Shown: piece after piece, positions 58,041 to 64,000 of the stretch
Numbering within the stretch: the stretch's first letter is position 1
Layout of the letters: each line of letters starts with the position of its first letter
DNA from: an uncultured Gammaproteobacteria bacterium
Lineage (GTDB): Bacteria > Patescibacteriota > Microgenomatia > Daviesbacterales > UBA10151
DNA: 64,000 bases
Reading direction: 5' to 3'
NCBI GenBank assembly: GCA_964406775.1
Contig: CAYOSW010000001.1
Coordinates: 10,474 to 74,473, forward strand
The notes under the pieces: model-generated
What the model was told of the DNA's origin: nothing
The model's input: the letters and a program-made list of their open reading frames with translations, nothing else
The model's database searches: none
Program-made: the position numbers and the translations under genes

Positions 58041-58694
58041 ATGGGAGAAGGAATAGGCGAGAAATTACCTGGCTGGATAAGAGAGGCGGATGTAGTGGAA
58101 TTTCCGGATGTTAATTCTGCGGTTGTTTCAAAAACTGTTTTGCCGGGGATAGGAAGTATGGTTGTTACCGATTCCGGACTGGAGATGCTTGGGGATTATC
58201 TTCAAAGTCCGGAAAAGTTCGTGCGGTTTTTGGATCACTCGGCTCACGATACGCGCGCCTTTAGGGGGATCGGGAATTTAAGGGAAGTCGGCGACTCGAT
58301 GCTTTTAAAGTTTGATGTAGCCAAAGAGCCGATCGAAACAGTTTTAACCCACCAAATGATTGATGCCCTTGTACCGAGGGAAACGGAAGACTATGTTTAC
58401 GATCCTGTCAGGTATCATCTGGGAGTGAATCTTCCCGGGCTTTATATAATTTTAATGGACAGAGTCCAGGCCCGTCCGATAATGAGCCAAGACCAAAGCA
58501 GGAGCGTCTATACCGCCTGGAAAAGATTCAGTGCTGAAGCCGCCTCGCACGGTATCAGAATTATCGGAACAATGGGGGATGTTCTGCACCGCGATATGGT
58601 GGACAGAAACGGTGTTTTAGTACCGAAGATTGCAATTGTGGATCAAGTCGTTCCCGGTATCCACGCGGATTTGGCTAAAGCGAAAAAAAGATAG
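58041..58694 (+). CDS. Hypothetical protein (217 aa), G+C-rich
   Basis: ORF only. Confidence 0.45.
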   Translation: MGEGIGEKLPGWIREADVVEFPDVNSAVVSKTVLPGIGSMVVTDSGLEMLGDYLQSPEKFVRFLDHSAHDTRAFRGIGNLREVGDSMLLKFDVAKEPIETVLTHQMIDALVPRETEDYVYDPVRYHLGVNLPGLYIILMDRVQARPIMSQDQSRSVYTAWKRFSAEAASHGIRIIGTMGDVLHRDMVDRNGVLVPKIAIVDQVVPGIHADLAKAKKR

Positions 58695-58710
58695 CGCCCC
58701 CGGAGAGATA
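58695..58710. repeat. 16-bp direct repeat GCGCCCCCGGAGAGAT; the second copy (58812-58827) is the 3' end of tRNA-Arg
   Basis: Exact match read directly. Hairpins CUCUC-N5-GAGAG and an AT-rich palindrome lie between the copies. Confidence 0.5.
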
Positions 58711-58812
58711 ACACGCCCTCTCCTTCGGAGAGCCGAACAAGATCAAAGATCTATCCGAATCTCACATCAGGGTTAAACTTTAAATATGCAAAAATGCATA
58801 TCTTAAAGTTTG

Positions 58813-58886
58813 CGCCCCCGGAGAGATTCGAACTCCCGTCCTCTTCGTCCGAAGCGAAGCGCTCTAATCCACTGGGCTACGGGGGC
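58813..58886 (-). tRNA. tRNA-Arg (anticodon UCG)
   Basis: Hand-folded. Acceptor GCCCCCG/CGGGGGC. Anticodon stem CUUCG/CGAAG with loop CUUCGGA. T-arm GGGAG-UUCGAAU-CUCUC. One C·A mismatch in the D-stem. Confidence 0.75.
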
Positions 58887-58897
58887 GTAACCGTATT

Positions 58898-59257
58898 TTA
58901 ACAAATCTGAAGCTCTGTATTTGATTTCAGTTTAAATTTGGTGATTGAACCTTGCTCCAGCTCTATTACAAAGTTATACCGAAAGTCCCAGAAGAAAAAT
59001 CTGTTTGGTTTCAAAAACTGCTTTGCCTCAACTATTTTATATTCTTTATTCAGAATAAGTACGTCAATCGGCTTTTTCAGAAAAAAAGTATGAATTCCGA
59101 AGCGGGTTTTGAATAATAAATTCCTCGGATTTGATTTTAAAAGAAGACCGAAAAGTCTGTCTTTTAAAGATTGGGCAAATTTTAAATCCCTGCAAATTAT
59201 CTTACGGGTCTTCCTGATTTTAAGTATCATAGCTTCAAATATACCACTTGCGTGCAT
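58898..59257 (-). CDS. DUF192 (COG1430) domain protein, second paralog in the window
   Basis: 'AQSLKDRLFGLLLKSNPRNLLFKTRFGIHTFFLKKPIDVLILNKEYKIV' matches the DUF192 core. Confidence 0.55.
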   Translation of the reverse strand: MHASGIFEAMILKIRKTRKIICRDLKFAQSLKDRLFGLLLKSNPRNLLFKTRFGIHTFFLKKPIDVLILNKEYKIVEAKQFLKPNRFFFWDFRYNFVIELEQGSITKFKLKSNTELQIC

Positions 59258-59259
59258 AA

Positions 59260-60021
59260 GTGTCTGATGCTATTATGCTTCAAGTTATGGCTACGGCTAA
59301 GAATAAAAAAGCAACTGTTAAGAAAACCGAATCAAAAGTTTCGGCTCCTAAAAAGACAACCCGCAAAAATTCTCAAACAGAATCCGTGATGTCGGAAATT
59401 AAATTACCCGGCGATTTCAATCCCTCTAAAATGTTAACCCGCAAATATTTATACATTGTAGCAGTAGTTTTGGCAGCGATCGGAATTCTTTTTGCCCTCT
59501 CGAAGTTTTGGGTTATTGCCTGGGTTGATAATAAACCGGTAACTAAATTTGCGCTTTACTCAATGCTGGAGAAAAGAGATGCGGGCAAGACGACAGAAGA
59601 ACTGATTACCGAGACTTTGGTTAATTCGGAGGCTGGGAAAAGAAGACAGGCTGTTGCGGACGCCGAAGTTGAAGCGGAAATTAAGAAAATAGAAGATCAG
59701 CAGGGCGGAGCGGAGCAGTTAAATCAAATTCTATCTATCAGGGGATTAACCCGTGAGGATTTCCAAAAATTGGTAAGGCAGCAGCTTTTGATCCAAAAAA
59801 TGTTCGGTGAAGGAATTAATATCACTGATCAGGATGTTGAGAAATATATCGAAGCAAACAAAGAATCTATTTCTCCTGAGGTATTAAATAATCCGGAAAG
59901 TTCCGAAGCCGCTAAATTGCGCGAAGGAGTTAAAGAGCAATTAAAATGGGATCAAGTAAATGCCAGCTATAAAAAATGGTTAGATGAGAACTTAACCGGC
60001 TCCAGAGTTTCCCGCAATTGA
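59260..60021 (+). CDS. SurA-N-terminal-domain (PpiD/PrsA-like chaperone) membrane-anchored protein without a PPIase domain
   Basis: TM 'YLYIVAVVLAAIGILFAL' then a SurA_N-like region. Track start is GTG at 59260. A downstream ATG at 59275 or 59287 is the more likely start. Confidence 0.5.
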   Translation: MSDAIMLQVMATAKNKKATVKKTESKVSAPKKTTRKNSQTESVMSEIKLPGDFNPSKMLTRKYLYIVAVVLAAIGILFALSKFWVIAWVDNKPVTKFALYSMLEKRDAGKTTEELITETLVNSEAGKRRQAVADAEVEAEIKKIEDQQGGAEQLNQILSIRGLTREDFQKLVRQQLLIQKMFGEGINITDQDVEKYIEANKESISPEVLNNPESSEAAKLREGVKEQLKWDQVNASYKKWLDENLTGSRVSRN

Positions 60022-60669
60022 TTTCCGCGGAACGGTAATTCCCGCCAGTATTCCGAAAGATACTCCGACTAAAAATCCGCCAATAACGTCTGACGTCCAA
60101 TGTTCTCCGAGAGATATTCTCGATACGGTCATTACGGCTAAAATTCCGAGAAGAACAGGTATAAAAATCAGTTGAGTTTTGTTGCTCTTTCTGAATAATA
60201 AATAGCAGATAAAAAAAGTTATTAAAAATGCACTTCTGGTTTCGTGTCCCGAAGGGTAAGAAAAATCGGTCTGAGTAAAGTGAAGTGGGAAGTCGACCTC
60301 AAGTTCTCCGCGGTAAAATAAAAATGGAGGGGCGGGGTGATGAACAAAAAGCTTTCCAAAAACTTCCATAGCCAATGCTAATGGGAGCAGAAATAATGAA
60401 GCGGCGGCCTTCCAGAATTTTTTAACAGCCATAATTATCAGGGTAAAAAACCAGATAATTCCGGTTATCTCGGCTGACCCTAAAACGGAAAAGAAAGAAA
60501 ACGGCAGATCAAGTCTTGCCGGAATTTTATTCTGCAGCTTAACTGTGGTATCAAAATCAAGTTTGGTAAAAGTTTCTTTAGCTACTAAATAAGAAAAAAG
60601 CATAAAAGCTAAAAACAACAGGGATGCGGAGATAAACAACAGCTTCTTATTTACAATTTTATTTTTCAT
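59992..60669 (-). CDS. PAP2-family membrane phosphatase
   Basis: 'SYPSGH' and 'SRISLGEHWTSDV' PAP2 motifs. Confidence 0.75.
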   Translation of the reverse strand: MKNKIVNKKLLFISASLLFLAFMLFSYLVAKETFTKLDFDTTVKLQNKIPARLDLPFSFFSVLGSAEITGIIWFFTLIIMAVKKFWKAAASLFLLPLALAMEVFGKLFVHHPAPPFLFYRGELEVDFPLHFTQTDFSYPSGHETRSAFLITFFICYLLFRKSNKTQLIFIPVLLGILAVMTVSRISLGEHWTSDVIGGFLVGVSFGILAGITVPRKSIAGNSGAG

Positions 60670-61163
60670 TTTATTAACAGGTAGAGCGCAAGAACGAATA
60701 GTAAAACTTGCCAGAAATCCCGAACGGTGAAGAGCAGAGCCTTTTTACCCTGACCGTGCCAATGGGTGGACATATGAAAATTAAATTCAGCTGTCAAAAT
60801 TTTAGGTCTCGGTATCATCCTGAAATTCCTGAGTCCCGCTAGGACATCCGGAAGCTGTGATCCGCCGACTCCGAAAAGAAGATAAAGAATTTCCAGCGGG
60901 CTTTTACCCAAGTAATAAGCCATACCTGTAAAAAATAAGAAGGGTAAAAACAGATCAAAAAGTATTACCCAAATAATGAATTTGCGGTAGCCGACATCGC
61001 CTCTGAAAAAATGTCCGTGGGGAATAAAATCGAAGAAATAGTGAGACGCCAAACCGGCAAGGCCGGTAAGGATAAGTCCTGTTGCCGGGTTCCCCGCGCC
61101 CAGATTCTGATATGCGAGGGTGCCGATTATGATTCCGACAGAAGTATGAGCGAAAGCCACCAC
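60666..61163 (-). CDS. Hypothetical His-rich membrane protein (possibly DUF457-like metal-dependent hydrolase)
   Basis: 'ASHYFFDFIPHGHFF'. Stop overlaps the PAP2 start by 4 bp. Confidence 0.4.
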   Translation of the reverse strand: MVAFAHTSVGIIIGTLAYQNLGAGNPATGLILTGLAGLASHYFFDFIPHGHFFRGDVGYRKFIIWVILFDLFLPFLFFTGMAYYLGKSPLEILYLLFGVGGSQLPDVLAGLRNFRMIPRPKILTAEFNFHMSTHWHGQGKKALLFTVRDFWQVLLFVLALYLLIK

Positions 61164-61208
61164 AGTTCCTCAGTATAGCAAAATTTTACAGGGAAGAGTA
61201 ACCTCAAG

Positions 61209-62000
61209 CTACCTATTTCTCTCGTTTTTAACAAAAAGGTAAGTTCCGATTGAGATCATAACAGTAAATAATATAACGATAATAAGAAAGTCGATCCAAG
61301 GTGGATATAAAACTACGTGATCGTAATCAGGATGACCCCAATAATAGAGCCCCCGGAAAAAATCTACGGCATAAGTCATCGGGGCAAGTCTGGAAAGTAC
61401 CAGAATCGGTAAGGGGAGCTCCTTAATCGGATTAAATACTCCGGCCAGAAAAAACTGCGGGAAAATTACGAAAGGGAAAAGCTGATTAGCGCTTCTCTGA
61501 TTGCCGAATGCCGCCATAACCAAAACACCGAAAGCTCCACCCAGAAGGCAGGCGGTTAAAATTGCCGGGACCGCCAGTAAAAGCTGATAGAAAGTTATAT
61601 CGATCGGGAGAAAGAGCGAAATAAACAATCCGAATAAAATAACTCCCGTTGCCTGTACTAGCGAAACAGCCGACTCGCCGACTATTTTACCGACGATAAT
61701 TGAATATCTGGAAATAGGTGAGACAAACATTTCCTGCGAAAAATCGTTTTCCCTGTCCTGGATGAGTGAGATAATACCCGAAGCCGTTGATTGGAATAAG
61801 GTTTGGGCAAAAACTCCCGTAAAGGTAAAAGTTAAATAGTTGAATGCAATAAATCTTCCGATATTGGATTGCAGACTTGTACCGAGCGCACCGATAAATA
61901 TAATTGGGAAAACAAAAGAAATAATCAGTCTGAACCGGTCTCGCAGAAGTTTTGTAAAATCTCTTAAAGCGATAGTAAGTATTGCATTAACCTCTTTCAT
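61209..62000 (-). CDS. ABC-2 type transporter permease
   Basis: Six TM helices. Overlaps the ATPase gene by 4 bp. Confidence 0.7.
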   Translation of the reverse strand: MKEVNAILTIALRDFTKLLRDRFRLIISFVFPIIFIGALGTSLQSNIGRFIAFNYLTFTFTGVFAQTLFQSTASGIISLIQDRENDFSQEMFVSPISRYSIIVGKIVGESAVSLVQATGVILFGLFISLFLPIDITFYQLLLAVPAILTACLLGGAFGVLVMAAFGNQRSANQLFPFVIFPQFFLAGVFNPIKELPLPILVLSRLAPMTYAVDFFRGLYYWGHPDYDHVVLYPPWIDFLIIVILFTVMISIGTYLFVKNERNR

Positions 62001-62959
62001 TTCGTGACTCCCTGCCGAGTATCTCCGATTATCTCAAGATAAGCTTCTTCAAGACTAGGAGTATGGGTTCTAATTTGAGAAAGAGGTGCTTTTAATTCCT
62101 TAATAAATTTTTGAATGTCCTTATTCTTAACATAAATTTTAAATTCGCCGTTCTGGTTAAATTTAATTTTCTTTTTTGTCAGTTCGGCAGATAATGCGTT
62201 TCTCTCCGGAGTTTGGACGATCAGATAATCTTCTATCAGACTACGCTTAATATATTCAGGAGTGCCTTCCTTTACAATTTTACCGTGATTGATTATGCAG
62301 ATATGATCGGTTTCTTCGGCTTCATCGAGGTAATGAGTAGTCAGGAAAACTGTAGTCTTTTCTTCGCGCATAATCTGTTTTAGATATTGCCACAAGTTTT
62401 TCCGGGCCTCGGGATCAAGTCCGATCGTCGGTTCGTCTAAAAATAATACTTTCGGTTTATGCATCAGCGATCTGATTATCTCGAGTTTTCTCTTCATTCC
62501 TCCCGAGAATTTTTTTACGGGTTTGTACATCTCCTTATGTAAATCCAGCACCTCTGCCAACTCGTTAAGCCTTCTTTTGTATGATTCAGGCATAAGGGAA
62601 TAGAGAGGACGGAAAGGATAAAGTCCGTAAAGAATTGCGTGAAAGCGGATATTTTCTTCGGCGGTTAAATTTAAATCGAGAGACGGATTTTGGAAAATAA
62701 TTCCGACATTTCTACGTACTTTTGAAGACTCCTTTTCGGTATCGTAGCCGGCAATTTTAACTTCACCCGAGGTTTTTGTAAGAGTTGTCGTTAGTATGGA
62801 AATCGTTGTAGTTTTACCCGCGCCGTTTGGGCCGAGGAACGCAAAAAATTCACCTTCTTTAACCTCAAACGAAACTCCGTCAACCGCGTTTACGGAAGAT
62901 TTTTTATATCTCTTAATTAAGTTTTCTACTTTAATAATTGTGCTCATATAATGTACCAA
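61997..62959 (-). CDS. ABC transporter ATP-binding protein
   Basis: Walker A 'GPNGAGKTT'. Signature 'FSGGMKRKLEI'. Walker B 'VLFLDEPT'. Confidence 0.9.
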   Translation of the reverse strand: MVHYMSTIIKVENLIKRYKKSSVNAVDGVSFEVKEGEFFAFLGPNGAGKTTTISILTTTLTKTSGEVKIAGYDTEKESSKVRRNVGIIFQNPSLDLNLTAEENIRFHAILYGLYPFRPLYSLMPESYKRRLNELAEVLDLHKEMYKPVKKFSGGMKRKLEIIRSLMHKPKVLFLDEPTIGLDPEARKNLWQYLKQIMREEKTTVFLTTHYLDEAEETDHICIINHGKIVKEGTPEYIKRSLIEDYLIVQTPERNALSAELTKKKIKFNQNGEFKIYVKNKDIQKFIKELKAPLSQIRTHTPSLEEAYLEIIGDTRQGVTK

Positions 62960-63008
62960 ACTGAAGCCTAATAATAGATGAAATATCCTGATTAGTATAT
63001 TATGGAAT

Positions 63009-64000
63009 TATGGAGTCCGAATCCAGACCTCAAATAATCGTCCCTAAAACCCCCGATCAAATTAGGCAGCAAACGAGATTGCTTAGACTCCAGCCTTATG
63101 TACAGCTCTATAAGCCCGGTCCTCCTCAGGAATTTCTCGATGATCCCGCCACTTTCCGGCTGGGATTAGCTGATTACAGAGCATCGGTTAATAGCTGGGA
63201 GAAAAAGCATGGTAAAAGTATCCCACCCCCTCCCGACAGTATGGATGAGAAATACCGCAGTTACGAAAAATATCTTAAGGCATTCAGAAGAATCCGCAAG
63301 GAGCAGTCGGGTCATATTAAAGCAGCTGTCTGGACCAGGCCTGAGGGTGCATCAATAGGGCAAGCATATTTTGAGGCTGCAAGATACAGCCCTGACATCG
63401 GAAAGAATGTCCTCCAAAGGGTCAGCAAATCAACCGGCCGAGATCAGCCGGAATTATTTACACAGGAAGAGATTACCGCCGCCTCTGCAACGGAGGGAGG
63501 ATTTTATGCCCTGGTGGATAAAGCTTTAGCCCAAAAACCGGACATCGTCTTCAGTGCGTTTGATCAATTAAAACACGTTTTGACTAAAGAAAAATTAAAA
63601 GAAGTCGTTTTAAAAGCGGGTGCTCATTCAGGAGTCTTAGATCACTATAAGGAGCTTAAGCCTCTTTTCAGTCCCGAACAACAAAAAGCATTACTGGTTC
63701 CTTTAGTACAGGAAGGTAGGTATGGGTATTCTGTTGTCAGAGTCCTTCAGGACCCTGAAACAGCCGCATTATTTTCTCCCGCTGAGATGAAGTTTGTGCT
63801 TATAACCGCTTTTACGGCCAATGCCGATCTTCTCCGGATGCCCCAGCAAATTCAGGGCTATCTGGATAAGGGTGTGTTAACGCCTGATGATGTTCAGACA
63901 ATCGTCATAGCAAGGGTCACGGGATTTGAGATGTTAACGGAGATTGAAAAAATTCTGCCGATGCTTCCCAATCCCCAAAGTTTGGAAGCCGTAAAAAGAG
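63009..64000 (+). CDS. 3'-truncated hypothetical protein (at least 330 aa)
   Basis: ATG at 63009 opens a frame that runs to the window end ('MESESRPQIIVPKTPDQIRQQ...'). Not in the track because no stop is reached. Confidence 0.4.

Overview
This 64 kb bacterial window uses the standard genetic code (uvrA ends in TGA). Most of it is housekeeping DNA at intermediate G+C. It also holds one clearly foreign, AT-rich segment of about 6 kb and several G+C-rich orphan patches.

(1) ~1012-7216 is an integrated, probably mobilizable element. It encodes a large serine recombinase whose 3' end runs antisense into a tRNA-Glu(UUC) gene. It also carries a VirD4/TraD-type coupling-protein ATPase (906 aa), a replication-relaxation (Replic_Relax)-family protein and two small unknowns, around a divergent promoter.

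(2) A G+C-richer block sits directly next to the element. It holds a cytochrome P450, a Tat-signal alpha/beta-hydrolase (lipase-like) and a stand-alone glutamate synthase large subunit (1530 aa, no adjacent small subunit).

(3) A complete DapL-type lysine operon is on the minus strand (lysC-dapB-dapA-asd-dapL-lysA). Its aspartokinase is only 272 aa and lacks both ACT regulatory domains. Upstream are a perfect 24-bp palindrome and an ORF-free, G+C-rich stretch of about 280 nt ending in a strong intrinsic terminator, which is a candidate unclassified ncRNA.

(4) An SOS/NER neighbourhood contains lexA, uvrB, uvrA and a short uvrC.

(5) Secreted repeat proteins with Cys-bracketed FN3-like modules occur as tandem paralogs.

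(6) Two DUF192 proteins are present, one translationally coupled to a degenerate PEP-synthase-like protein with no phospho-His domain.

(7) tRNA-Lys(CUU) and tRNA-Arg(UCG) flank G+C-rich orphan genes, and 16 bp of the tRNA-Arg 3' end is repeated directly.

(8) A solitary Dam-like N6-adenine methyltransferase is present.

(9) A duplicated typA start creates a 21-codon upstream ORF.

Remaining recognisable genes: rsmI, dedA, typA/bipA, cysS, secG, a PIG-L deacetylase, a two-component pair, an ABC exporter, a PAP2 phosphatase, a thermonuclease and a CvpA-CAP fusion. No CRISPR array, rRNA or transposase-type IS was seen. ORF coordinates come from the supplied track. The hand-derived RNA and motif coordinates may be off by a base or two.
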